From assembly GCF_000142905.1 (NCBI RefSeq), contig NW_013657672.1, positions 204,244 to 268,243 of the forward strand: a stretch of 64,000 nt of DNA, given 5' to 3'. Positions within the stretch are counted from its first letter, which is position 1, and each line of letters starts with the position of its first letter. Of this stretch, positions 1 through 12,072 are shown piece after piece. The position numbers and the translations under genes are program-made. The notes below the pieces were generated by a model. The model was not told the origin of the DNA, searched no databases, and worked only from the letters and a program-made list of their open reading frames with translations. Origin of the DNA: Thecamonas trahens ATCC 50062. Lineage: Eukaryota; Protista; Apusomonadida.

Positions 1-1029
1 CGTCAGCCCCAGCACCGACAGGTCCACGTTTGAGTCGCCCAGCAGGTCGTCCAGCATCGCTGACGCCGCGTCGGCCGCGTCAGCGTCGGCGTCTCCGCCA
101 CCCATATCCGACGGCGGCGGCGCCGGTGACACAGGCGTGCCCGGCGAGATCCCCATGGGAGAGCCCATGCCCGACATGCCCGCAGGCGAGCCCATGCCCG
201 GCGAGACCGACGACGGCGTCGCCGACGTGCCAGCAGACGCGCCCATCGACGACAGTGTGCCCACCATCGCCGGCGATGCAAGATCGAGCGGGGACTTGGC
301 GTCCATGTTAAGAATTGTCGGCCCGGCACCCCGCGAGACCAGGTACTCGGCCACCTGCTGGTGCCGCCAGAAGCATGCGTAGTGCAGCGGCGTGTTGCCA
401 TGCCGGTTTTTGGCGTTCACGTCGGCTCCCGCACTCTCGCACAACATCCGCGCAATGAGAAAGTGGCCCTGTCCACCCACCGTCAGACAACAAACAAACC
501 AAGAGAGCCGCACCATCCATGAGTTCCTTACCTCTTTCTCACCACCGTCCGCTCGCCCCCCCCCCCCCCTCCCCTCCCTCCTGCCTTCCCTCCCCCCCCC
601 CCCCCCTCCGCCACTCTCCCTGTGTTCCGAAAACACAACATTGGCCGAAAAAGGGGCTTGAACAACCACACCCGGTGGAGAAAAGCCACCTCTACCTCTG
701 CCTACCGTCCCCACCGCCCCCCCTCTCCCTCCCACTCCCCCCCAGCCTCCTTCCCCTACCTCCTCCCCCCCCTCCTCTCCCTTTCCACCTAAGAAAATGC
801 GTACCTCAGAGGCTGCGTAGTGCAGGGCGGTGTCCGAGGCGCAGTTGCGCTCGTTGGCGTTTGCCCGAAGCTGCACCAGGCGGGTGACGACCTCCTGGTG
901 GCCCTTGCGGGCGGCCCAGTGAAGCGGGGTAAAGCCGTGCTCGTCCTTCTCGTCCACTGGACGGCCCATCTGGAGCCAGTAGTTGACTCGGGCGACGTTG
1001 CCCTGCGCTGCTGCCGAGTGGATGTTCAT
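1..1029 (-). CDS. ILK: Integrin-linked kinase-like protein, N-terminal ankyrin repeats (5' part only; exons 1029-805 and 468-<1)
   Basis: Spliced translation MNIHSAAAQGNVARVNYWLQMGRPVDEKDEHGFTPLHWAARKGHQEVVTRLVQLRANANERNCASDTALHYAASE|GHFLIARMLCESAGADVNAKNRHGNTPLHYACFWRHQQVAEYLVSRGA...KSPLDLA is colinear with the ILK ankyrin region (HGFSPLHWA, DTPLHLAASHGH, HGNVPLHYACFW). The kinase domain would lie beyond the left edge. The gene is absent from the ORF track. Confidence 0.8.
   Translation of the reverse strand, partial: MNIHSAAAQGNVARVNYWLQMGRPVDEKDEHGFTPLHWAARKGHQEVVTRLVQLRANANERNCASDTALHYAASEVRIFLGGKGEEGGEEVGEGGWGGVGGRGGAVGTVGRGRGGFSPPGVVVQAPFSANVVFSEHRESGGGGGGGREGRREGRGGGGRADGGEKEVRNSWMVRLSWFVCCLTVGGQGHFLIARMLCESAGADVNAKNRHGNTPLHYACFWRHQQVAEYLVSRGAGPTILNMDAKSPLDLASPAMVGTLSSMGASAGTSATPSSVSPGMGSPAGMSGMGSPMGISPGTPVSPAPPPSDMGGGDADADAADAASAMLDDLLGDSNVDLSVLGLT
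469..804 (-). other. Spliceosomal intron in ILK-like gene (336 nt, phase 0)
   Basis: GAG|gtacgc donor, ctgac branch-like motif, gacag|GGC acceptor, G-rich interior. Splicing restores the ankyrin repeat in frame. Confidence 0.9.
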
Positions 1030-1207
1030 GTGGGCGCGACAAGTATTGCTACACGCCACACGCCCGCCGTAGCTGTTGCAATTGCCGGCCCGGCAAGCGA
1101 CCAAGGACCGAGACGATTGATTGTGAGAGGTTTGATGTTGTTGATGAAAAGAAATGAAGGGAAACATGCGTGTACGCGCGTGTGCGCAAAGAGAGAGAGA
1201 GAAATAT

Positions 1208-4200
1208 CTACAGCGCCGTGAGCTCGATGCCGCCGTCGGCGTCGGTGCCGTGGGCCGCCTGGGACAGCGGCGACGGGTTGACGAGGGTCTCGGGCGTGCC
1301 GGGCGGGCCGTTATCGTCAGACGAGGACGAGGACGACGAGCTTGCGGCGGCGCCCTGGACCACTGAGCGAGCGCCAGACATGGCCGAGATGACGCGGGTA
1401 CGGGCCTGGTCAAAGAGCGAGGCGTCCTCGGGAGAGAGGGAGCCGCCCGGGGAGCAGCGTGAGACGATCGACTCAATGGTGGCGACGAGGTTACCAGCGG
1501 TCTGCTGACGGAGCGAGACGATGTCGGCGGGTGTGCCTTCCTTAGACTCAAGGAGGTCGTTGACAACCTTGAGCAGGTTGCGCTTGGTGTGGAGGAAGAG
1601 CTTGAGCTGGGCTGCCTCAAAGTGCTTCTTGGGGATCTCGACGGGCGGCGGTGCGACAAAGACGTCCATCTTGCACAGCCGCTCAAAGAGGGCGTTGACT
1701 TCGTTCTTGTTGGAGAAGATAAAGTCGTTGAGCTGCTGCATATGCTGCTCCTTGCCGCCAAACTCCTTGTTGTTGGACAGGTTCTGGAGGACCTTGCCAA
1801 CCATGATGAGCGCGCGGCGCTCGTCGGGCAGCGGGGCCTCAGAGACGAGGACGTACGACTCGGGGGCGGTAATGGCCGGGACGAGGAAGCGGAGGAAGAA
1901 GAAGCCTCCGACGGCGATCGAGTTCTGCGAGTTGGTGTGCTCTTCGAGCAGCCGGCGCGCCGCCGGCGACGTCGGGTCGAGCGCACCCTCGAGCGACTCG
2001 CACGCCGTCATCATCTTCTTGAGCTGGACGGAGAGCGTCTGCACCGTTGACGCAAACGTCTGCACGAGGCTCTGCACGGGTGCAATGACGTGCTTGAGCT
2101 GCTCGAGATCATCCGTCACGTGCTCGTCCATAAACTCAAGGTTCTGGAACGAGTCGACACCCTCCTCGTACGCCTCACGCGTCGAGTGCAGGCCGTTAAG
2201 CATCTGCGACGAGACCACTGCCGCAAGGTTCTCCATCTTGATGGGGAACTCCTCGCGGATGCACTCGCGAACAACAGCAAAGATCTGTCGGAATTGGACG
2301 GGGATGTTCTTCTCCGACCGCACAATGGCGTTAAAGATCTTCTGGCACGAGGTGAGGAGCGTGAACTTGGACCGGTTGGCGTCCGTTGCACCAGCCGCCG
2401 ACCGGAACGACCCGATGTTCTCGCCCTCCTGCACCATAATGCGATTGATGAGCACCGCAAGCGTTGCGTGCAGGTATGGGAGACCCACCATCTTGGAGTA
2501 AGCCTTGAACATCTTGGTCGCAAACGAGTTGGTCCGGAACATGGTCGACTGCGAAATCGCAGCCTTGATCTCCTTCCGCACAAAGGCCGAGAGCACCGCC
2601 ACCGTATGGTTGTCGCGCTCAAAGACGTAGATCATAGCCTTGGAAATGTCATCGGCCTCGGTCGCCTGCGTCACGTCGCACACAGCAAAGATGGCTTGCC
2701 TGTTCTCCTCCTTCAGAATGTCCATAAAGGGCCCAATGTGAGCCAGGAACGTCCGCGCGTCCTGCGGGTTCGAGAGGCCCTTGCCAAAGATCGTCTCGCG
2801 CAGCAGCGCAGGTGTCAGCTTGGGCACTTCCACCCCGTCGTTGCCGCGCCGTGTCACAAGCAGGATGACAACCGCAATGACAATCGCGAGAATGCACAGA
2901 ATGAGGACACCGCCGCCAATGGCTAGCGGCGACGTTACAAACGACGGAGACGGCGACGGCGCCGCGTCTGCACCCACAACCGTGTACACGGCAGATCCCG
3001 TCGTGTACGGCAGGCCCGTGTCGCGATACGACAGTGAGAACTGGAAGACAGAGCCGACGTCGGCCGGCGGCGAGGTGCACACCACCTCAGTCTGCGAGTT
3101 CCACGTCGACTCGTTGTACTGCGTTGTCGAGAAAACGCAGCCGTAGTTGACGCCCTCGGCAAAGTTGGTGCCGGTCACGGTGATAAGGTCCCCGCCGTCG
3201 GGCGAGCCCGACACCGGGTTGATGTTGCTGATCTCCGAGCACGCGTCTTGCGACCAGAGCGGCGACACCGTAGTCGCACCCTCGGTGCACTCAAACTGCG
3301 TCCCACAGAACGCATCACCAAAGCAGTATCCACACTCGGGCTTGCTCGACGAGAAGCACGCGTCGCATGACGACGCCGCACAGTCGTAGTACCGGAACAG
3401 CACCACAGAGCCATCTGTGTACGGCTGGCCCAGGAACTTGAGCACAACGCTGGCCCGCCCTGCCTCAGACACAGAACCTGAGATGCAGTTGATCACCTTG
3501 GGGTCCGCTGTAGACGAGGCGTTGGTCACAAAGACCGACGACGAGTCTGTAAGCGTAAACTCGCACGTGTACGCCTCGATCGGCGTCGGAAAGTCAAACT
3601 GCGACACCATTGGGATCGGGGTGCGGCCCGCAAGTGAGCCCGCGAGGTCAGTGCTAGGCTCGAGCGTCGGGCAACCAACAGTGGCGTTGAGCACCTGCTG
3701 TGTGCAGACCGGCGCCGTGTTGATGGCCCGACACGTTGAGTCGCCTTGGCACCATGTGCACTTGCCGGACTCACGGGCGTGACAACCCGAACAAGTGGTG
3801 GCAGGAAGACACGACACAACCTCCAGCTGGACCAGAATTTGCTCCGTCCACACGCTTGCGTCTGTCGAGTAGCACAGCTTGTACACGCCAGGTGTGAGGC
3901 CGAGCGAGAGCGAAGGAATGATCGTAGACGACGTAAGCGCCACTGACGACGGCGGGCTCGGCTTGCAGCTCTGCCCCATCGGAATAAACGCAGCAAGGGT
4001 CTTGGGCGTCGACACCGCGCCCACAAGCTCGATCGGCGTGGCCTCGCCCTCGCCGATGCGCGAGACCGAGAGCGCAGTCACCGTTGTGTTTGAGGTCAGC
4101 ACCACCTCGAGCTCCACATCGCCCTGAACCTCGTATGTCGACCCGCCGTCTGTCGACCAGCACACAGGGTACATGCCCGGATCGGTGAAGCCCGACGCCA

Positions 4201-7200
4201 CGCTGTACTTGGCGGGCAGGGCGGTGAGCGCCGCCGGGGCAAGCACCGTCGAGCAGTTGCCACTCGTGTCGCCGATGGCAATGTACGACGACGGTGACGG
4301 CACAGCCGAGACCGACGTCGCGTTGAGGCCAATGTCGAACGTAATCGGAACACCGACAGAGACCGTGCCTGGCGCAATCGAGAGCACGTCTTCAGACGTC
4401 GGCGCGATGACCCGCATCACCACACCCGTCGTAGTCTGCTGCACCCAGCTGGCACCGTCGTCGACCGTGTAGCAGACCTCGTACAGGCCAGGAACAGTCA
4501 TTGCGGTCGCCAGAGCAACCTTGCCGCCCACCACGTTTGACGGAGAGTAGAGCGTTTCGCCGCGCCGCGCTGCCGGTGACGAGCACGACGCACCCGAGAG
4601 CACAAACGCAACACGCGAGTCGTCCGACGGCAAAAAGTCGGCCACGCCCGCAAATGCCACCTGCACCGATGCATGATTGGCGCCAATGACCGGCGTGACC
4701 GACGTAATCGACGTCGCCTGCGCCTGGATGATGTTGATCTTGGTCGCAGACGTCTGTAGAACACGGGTCTGGAAGTTGTCCACCGTGTAGCACACAAAGA
4801 ACTCACCGGCGTTCGACAGCGGAGCAGAGGCGGGCATCGTGTTGTTGCCGTCCGGTACGACAACCGGGATCGTCTCTGCAGTCGTTGAGCAGTCCGAGGC
4901 AGTAGAGAGGAAGACAAACGAGTCGCTCGTCACCCGCAGCTGATCCAGGCCGGAGAACCGCGGCGTGGTGCCAAAACCAACCACTGTCGGCGTCAGAGAC
5001 GCCACAGAAGCCTGGGTCGCCTCGATGATGTCAAGCGACACGCCACTTTGCTGCGTCCACGTCACCTGGTTGTCCACCGAGAAGCAGACTTGGTAGGTAC
5101 CCGTCGTCGAAATGACGTCGTCCATGAACACAGAGGTAAACGACTCGGAGACGTTGATGGCACCCACCCGCTGCGTGCAGTCGATCTGCTGAGCCGAAAA
5201 CGCAATGTAGGCAAACGGTGTCGGCACAATAGAAATGACAGGCGTGGCGGGCACAAACGAGAACTGCTTGATCTGGCCCTTCGCCGCCACTGTCGGCGAA
5301 ATGCTCGTGATCGAGCCCGTCGCCGCCGTATGCACCACAATGGTCGCTCCCGACTGCTTCATCCACGGCGAGCGCGAGACACTGGGGTCCTCATTGGCGC
5401 ACACGTCGTACGCCGCAGTCTGCGCCGGGGTGATCGGCGGGAACGTGACCGCGCCTGGCGACGCGCCCACCACCACTGTTGCCACCCGCTGACTCGCCGA
5501 CGTGCAGTCCCCGTTATAGGGCACAAGCGCGAGCGACGCCGTAGGCAAGTTGAACGCCGCAGTCGTCTGCAGCCGCGGCGATGTCGACGCACCAATGTTG
5601 CTCGGAACAAAGTCCGTAGCCGACAAAAACGTCGCCTTGTAGAACGACACCGTCTGGCCAACCTGCGCAAGGGAAGAAACGCCGTCGACCGAGTAGCAGA
5701 CAGTGTACGTGTTCTCCAAAATTTCGGGAATCGCGCCCAGATCGACCGAGAGCGACGACGAGAGCGAAAACGTGACAACCTCGGTACCGCTGCACGCGCC
5801 GACCACAAGGCGCACAGCGCCAAGCGGAGTAGGGACAAGGTCGGCCCCACCCGAGAACGTCAGCGTCGCTTCAGATCCAAACGGAAGGCTCGGATGCGAG
5901 ACGGCGGTGATGGAAGTCGTCGTGGCCTCGACAACCTTGACCGTAGCACCGGGCGACGACTGGAGAATCATGTCCGCGAGCGTGGTGTAGTTGGTCGAGT
6001 AACAGATCGAGTACATGCCAACGCCCACGCCGCTGGCGAGCATCACCGGGCTCGGCGTCGCGGCACTAACCTCGGTCAGCGCCACGGCCGCATCACACGT
6101 CGACGTGGTCAGCGCAAAGTATGTGTCCGGAGTCGCGACCAGGCCCGAGATCTGAAGCTCAGGCGTAGTCGATGCACCAAATGCACTAGGCGAGACCGTG
6201 GCAATCGATGCCGGCTGCGCCGCCACCACTTCAAGCCGCGCCTCGGATGCGATCTGTTTCGTCCAGAGGTCGCCGGTGTCGTTGCGGAAGCAGGCAAAGT
6301 ACTTGCCCGGAGAAAGGATGGGCGCGCCAAGCGGCGTCGTTGTCGTCGGTGCGGTTGTGATCGCTGTGACGGCAACCGGCGCGGCACAGTCGGGCGAGAT
6401 GTCAAAGCCGAGCTGCGACGTCGACGAAATGTCACCGGTCACCTCGAGCGATGGCTGGGTGCCAGCGCCAATGATCCGCGGCGAGATCGAGACTAGCGAT
6501 GACTCGACCGGGTCCGACGTCACCTTGAGCTCGACGAGCGTCTGTGGCACAAACGTACCCGAGATGCCACTCGTCGAGTAGCAGATGTAGTGCGGCTGCA
6601 GTCGCGCAATGACCACGTTGATCGCCACCGTAGTTGTCGAGATCACATTTGTCTTGCCGAACACACTCGAGCAGTCGCGGTCAAGCGAAAGTGCTACAAA
6701 GGTCTCCGGCGACGGCACCGCACCCACAAGTTTCAGCGTCGGCTGGGTCGAGTTGAGGAACGTCGACGGCTGCAGCTCGGTGATGGCGTTGACGAGCGGA
6801 CACGCCACAGTCACCCGCGCGCCGGTCTGGCCGACATAGATCGGTGACGCTGAGATTGTGTGGTCGTTCGACAGACAGGCCTCAAACACAACGCCTGACG
6901 CGCTGCAGTCCTCAGCCTTGGGCGCGAACGTGTAGGGCTGCGAGCCGGTCAGCAGCGCTGTTGTCGTGGAAAGAAGGTTGAAGCCAGAGCCGAGGCCGTC
7001 GCACTTGCCGACCGGTGCAAAGCCGACATACCGCTGAGGTCCTGTGGAAGTTGCCTCGGTCATCTCCAGCGAGACTGTGCCCGAGCCGTGGTTCACAGGC
7101 GCACCGACAAGGGTCAGCTCGGAGGCCGCCCGGGGGCCACAAGAGTGAGGACGCGGGCAACGTCCTGAAGGTGCCACGTGGCTCCGTTGTTGACGGAGAG

Positions 7201-10018
7201 ACAGACGTAGTACGTACCTGCAGTAATGACTGCCGCGCTCTGGCGCGCAAACGTGACGCGACGCGTCGTACCGCCGGTCAGCGCCAGCGGGGCCATAAGA
7301 CTGGCACTGGCACAGCCAGATGACTCGTGAGTCTCGACAAGAGCCACCAGCAGCGAGTTGGAAAAGTATGCGTCGATGGCCGGAGCCAGCGTCACTTCGG
7401 TCGAGATCGACTTGAGGTTGGCAGGCGCCGGGATCACCGACGGAGTAAGGGTAGTGACCGAAGCCTGATCAACGTTGACAACCCGGATTTTCGACGACGA
7501 TGCCGACGAGCCCCACGTGGAGCCGCCGTCGAGCGAGTGGCAAGTCGTGTACTCGCCGGGCGACGGAAACGGCGCGCCGAGTTCGAGCGACGAGACGGCC
7601 GAGGAGATCGATATGACGTTGGTCTTGGCTCCTGTGCAGGACCCAACAGTCCATCCCAGTCTGGTGACTCCCTGTGTCGGATCGACACCGGTCAGCGCGA
7701 TGATGGTGGGCGTCTCTGAAGTGGTGACGATCAACGGCTGGAACTTGATCTCGCGGTCGATGGCCACAACCTGCAGCGTCACCGACGTCTGAACGTAGCC
7801 GGCGTCGTTGTCTCCAGCGTGTGAGACGCAGATGATGTGGGTGGTTGGCGTGGCAAAGGTGTCGCTGATGACCGCACCGTAGGCAGGGTAGGGCACTGTG
7901 TGCGACGCAGAGTCACAGCTCGCAGCAGCAAAGCGGACATACGAGTCTGGGGTCGGCACGTATGCGCCGAGCAGTTTGAGGTTGACAGCCACGTCCTCAC
8001 CGACCACGGCAGGCACCACCGCATCAAACTCATCAGGCATGGACTTGACGATTTTGACCTGGAGATTAGCAGTCAGCTGGCGGACCCACGTCGGCTGGTC
8101 AAACGACCTAACGCACACCACATAGTCGCCAAGCGGTAGCGTCGACGGCAGAGCAAAGCCGGTTGTCGTCGCGCCCGCGAGCGAAAAAGCAGTGGCACAG
8201 AGCCGCAGTCGCTCGGGGAGAGGCCCCACTCGAGCCCAGGATACGTGTCCTCCGCCGAGATGGAGCCGTCAAAAGAGAGAGAAAACGAAACGTCGGTCCG
8301 GTCCAAGGTTTGGTAGAGCCCGACCACCGCCGGCGAGACTCCGGTGATGAACAGCGAGTCAACGTCCTTGGCGGTAGCGTACTTGAACACATTGCTCAGG
8401 ACAGTCGAGCCCGCGGGAGTAAGCACCTCGGCAGTCTCTTCAACGGCAAAGAAGATGTTGCGCGACTGGGCTTGGAAGTCGATCCCGTCGATGCTCCGCG
8501 AAAACTGAAGATCGTTCTTGTTGTACACTCCAAGTCGCGAGTTGCCCGAGCCGTCATGCAGAACCGAGGTGTAGCCTGTCCCAGGGTTGGAGATCGAGCA
8601 CGGCGAGTCGGAGCCGGTGGCAAACAGGTCGTAAGGGCCCGGGCTGTCCAGGCCGGCCAATAGCGGGTGATCAGTCAACTTGACAGAATCCGTGGCGGTG
8701 CAAGGGCCAATGTTGGCCCAGTACATCCACGGCGCAACATCCTTGTTGAGGAGGACAACCGGAATGGTGGCATCGCGGAAGAGGCCCTGAAGATCATGGG
8801 GTTCGCTTGCAGACACTGGCTGGGCGATTGACGACGAGATGACGATGCCGACCTTGTTGTTCGCATGATACGTCCCAACCCAGTCGGCACTCACCACGTA
8901 CACCGAGTAGCCCTGGGCAACAAGGTGATCATAGACCAGCTTGTCAGCCTTGGCGAACGAGGGGTTCGCGACAGAACCAACGGTCCAAACGTTCTCCTCG
9001 GACCCAACAACCATCAGCCACTCTCCGCGCGGCGCAGGAGTCGTGCAGGACGGCCCCGACCAGCCCGGCAAGCACTTGTGGCAGACATCGTGAACGCCGA
9101 CACCGCTTGCACACAGCTCACAGTTGACCACGTTGCACGTCTTTCGAGCAGTGCAGAACTCAATAGTGAACTTGTCGCCCAGCCCGCTTTGATGAAACAC
9201 GTCTTGCGACGGGTTGTACGCGAAAGCACGCGCATTGGACAAGTCTGGCTGCGAATCGCTAAAGTCCAGACCTTCTGCCGGTGTACCATCCAGCCAGATG
9301 AAGCCAGTAGAGAGCTGAATGTCAAAGATGAGCCCCGTCCACAACTCGCCACTGAAGGCGAGACCGGATGACAGGAACCGCTTACGATAGCCACGCGTCG
9401 GCAGTGTCACTAAATATCCACCCTGGGCATCACATTCGGCTGCCGCGTCCGCGAAGTCGTCGTTGTTGTATCTGGCGAAAACACAAACTCCTGGTGTCAA
9501 CTCAACCGCTGGTCCAGAACAAGATTGGTCAGCGAAGACAGACGACGGCAAACAGGTTGCAAGTGCAGCCACGATCACACTGATGTCCGTCCCAGGAGAA
9601 CCGTTGATGTGAGTTATGTGCCTCGCCAACGCACAAAAATGAACAACCAACGGAATGTGGACGACCAGGCGGCGAAAAGGCCTTTTCCTTCCGCTTGCGA
9701 AAAAAAAGCCCAGCCCAACCACCGCCAACACGCGTGTTCCCCCACCACCGACCGGGGACCGTGGGGGAGGGGGAAGGGGTGGTATTGAGGGTGCTTCCGG
9801 AATAAGAACGAACGGTAGACAATGCAAAGATACAGCAATGGGTTGATTGTATCTGTGTATGGAGGGGGGGGGGGGGAGGGAGGGGGGGAGGGGAGGGGGG
9901 GGGGGGCATGGCCAGGGCAGAGCTTTGCCTTGCAGCAACGACCGATCTTTGCAGGCAAGGAGGCACAGGAAGTAAGCACGGGGGTAGCGTACCCAAAGAG
10001 CGACAAGGCCACCTTCAT
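1208..10018 (-). CDS. Giant single-pass plexin-like receptor (~2800 aa): signal peptide, C-type lectin, EGF, uncharacterised domain, ~15 Ig-like repeats, 2x PSI/IPT, TM, RasGAP; exons 10018-9993 and 9579-1208 with two apparent -1 frameshifts (~8195, ~7130)
   Basis: Intron 9992-9580 (gtacgc...cag) yields signal peptide MKVALSLFGVIVAALATCLPSSVFA. CTLD: FADAAAECDAQGGYLVTL, LWTGL, FIWLDG. EGF: CHKCLPGWSGPSC. PSI: CSGCH..CTWCQGDSTC and CDACF..CGYCFGDAFC. IPT: ISNINPVSGSPDGGDLITVTGTNF. TM at ~2925-2856. RasGAP motifs: MFRTNSFATK, GFFFLRFLVPAI, KVLQNLSN, KEQHMQQLNDFI. Confidence 0.85.
3820..8350 (-). repeat. About 15 tandem ~100-aa two-cysteine beta-rich (IPT/Ig-like) protein repeats
   Basis: Recurring (I/V)xx(V/I)SP...C...GxYxxC(Y/F/W)SxDxGxTWxxQ, e.g. 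PGEYTTCHSLDGGSTW, TGTYQVCFSVDNQVTW, PGLYEVCYTVDDGASW, PGMYPVCWSTDGGSTY. Confidence 0.8.
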
Positions 10019-10349
10019 GGTGTAGAGCGAGTCAGCACGTCACGTTGACAAGAAGGGGCGGGGGTGGAAAAGGGGTGGGAAAAGGGGGGGGGGGGGGGGG
10101 CGGGAATGCGTAAGGTGGGTGTGGGTGTAGGTGCTTGAGAGTCGTGTAGCCTAATGCGGCAGGTTGCCGCTGCTAGCGCCCAAGATTGTCCACGCTGGGA
10201 TGGCCTGAGGCAAATTGGTAGAACTGTCGAGTGGTCAAGGATTCTGCACGGCTGCCGAGTTCCGGGCAAACAAAGTTGAGCGCAGACGCGGTGGGGAGCA
10301 GAAGGGGGAAAAATACGTTTACTTGGTCAGCAAGCACTCCAGCGGTACA

Positions 10350-11732
10350 TCACTGATGCGCAAAGCGGCAGGAAGTGCCGAAGCGGCAGCCCTGCGGCGA
10401 CTGGAAAAACTTGCAGACGACGGGACCCGAAGAGGCCTGATGGGCGGCCGGAGGAGCCTGGGCCATGCCCGAAGGATGGACAAAGCGGCAGGAGGCGCCA
10501 AAGGCGCAGCGGCTCTGCAGGAAAAACTTGCAGACCGAGGGGTCGGCGGCAGCGGCGCCGCTGCGGGCAACGGACGCGCTCGCCGGGGCCGCAGCCGGAG
10601 CAGAGGCCGACGAGGCCGGAGCCGACGACGCTGCAGGCGCAGTGGCATCCTCGACAGCCGCAAGAGCAGCGTCGACACCGCCAAAGTGGTCCACGATGGC
10701 GTAGTAGTAAAACGGCTCAGCAGTCCGGAGGGCGTCATCATCGCCCAGCTCGTTCCGCAGATCGCCCAGATCCATCTTCCACGCCACAAAGTCGACAACC
10801 TCAGCGCGTGTGTAGCCGCGCTCCTTGGCAAAGGCCCGAGCCTCGACGTCATCGGCGTCAGCAAGCCCAGGCGTGTACACAAACTTGTATGACCGGTCCG
10901 TCGTCATCAGCGCCTTTTGCATGGCTGCCAGCTGAGCGGCGTGCGGCGACGCCGCCGCAAACGACGACCGGAGCCGTGCCCGCGACGCTGCATCCACAAG
11001 GTTCGAGAACGGCGTGTGGACCTTGGCCGGCCGCTTGTGCTCCACCTGCGCGAGCCGCTCCAGCGCAGCAAGCACAGAGACCACCTCGGCCCGCGACCAG
11101 ACAAAGCCGTCGCCGGCCGACGCACGCACCTATCCACGCCCGTCAATCACCAGGGTCGAGCGCCCCGTGACCACACCTACTTTGTAAATCCACCTCCTCC
11201 ATGCCTAGCATCCACCACCACCTCATCCACACCATGCAAATATCCTTCTTCCTCTCCTTCCCCACCGCCAACCCCCCATCCACCGCCAGGGACTCGGCCA
11301 TAACCGTCCTCGGCAGGCGCCGCCCGCGCCGACGCCCATCCACCGTCCATCCTTGGCCACTCGCTGGCACCTCCACCAAGGCTCACGCCTCGCGCCTTCG
11401 ACCACCACCAGCACCACCCTTTGAAGGGGCGAATCATGGTTTGTGACCGTAGCAGCCTGCATCTAATGCCGCTACACGGCCACACAGTGCTACAGAAAAC
11501 AAGCAAGTAGGCCAAGCCGAGGTAGGGAAAAACCCAAAAGGCTCTTCCTCCTCGCCTCGCCTCCCCGGGGAAACCACGACGGCGTGGCGATGCGTACCTT
11601 GTCAGTGATGTCGGCCTCAAAGGAGATCTCCGGTTCACTGGGACATGTGATGACTGCCGTAGCAGACTCTACGTTGTTAGCGCTGTCGAGCACAACCGTT
11701 TGGTCCACAAAGACCTCGAGAAATCCAGCCAT
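10350..11732 (-). CDS. Tandem CCCH zinc-finger protein (exons 11732-11598 and 11129-10350; alternative ATG at 11792)
   Basis: CKFFLQSRCAFGASCRFVH and CKFFQSPQGCRFGTSCRFAH. Intron AAG|gtacgc...tag|GTG is in frame. Confidence 0.8.
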
Positions 11733-12072
11733 GTTCCAGAGAGCGAGGTGGTTGCTACTCCTCACCCGAATCGGACAAAGTCGAGGTGCCATCGCCCGGT
11801 GCCCGTCGAGCAGCCTCGCCTACCGCCTCTCGCACACAACACCAAGCACCACGAATTGCGTTACACCCTGCTTTGACCTTCCCTTCCCCGTGGCACAGGC
11901 TTGGATCAATGGGTGTAGCTGTGATCGTTGGATGGATGACTCCCCTAGCCCCACTAGCCAATCGGTGGAGCCGGAGGAACGGGCAACAACCAAATCGGAA
12001 CGACGAATCGTCAGCAAACTCCACCGCCGCCATTGTCACTGCTACTTGGCGCCGAGACTGGCCAGCAACGAC

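Noticed and set aside
7129-8200. Classical programmed -1 ribosomal frameshift signals at the shift sites
   Set aside because: No consistent X_XXY_YYZ slippery heptamer or shared downstream structure is evident across the sites.
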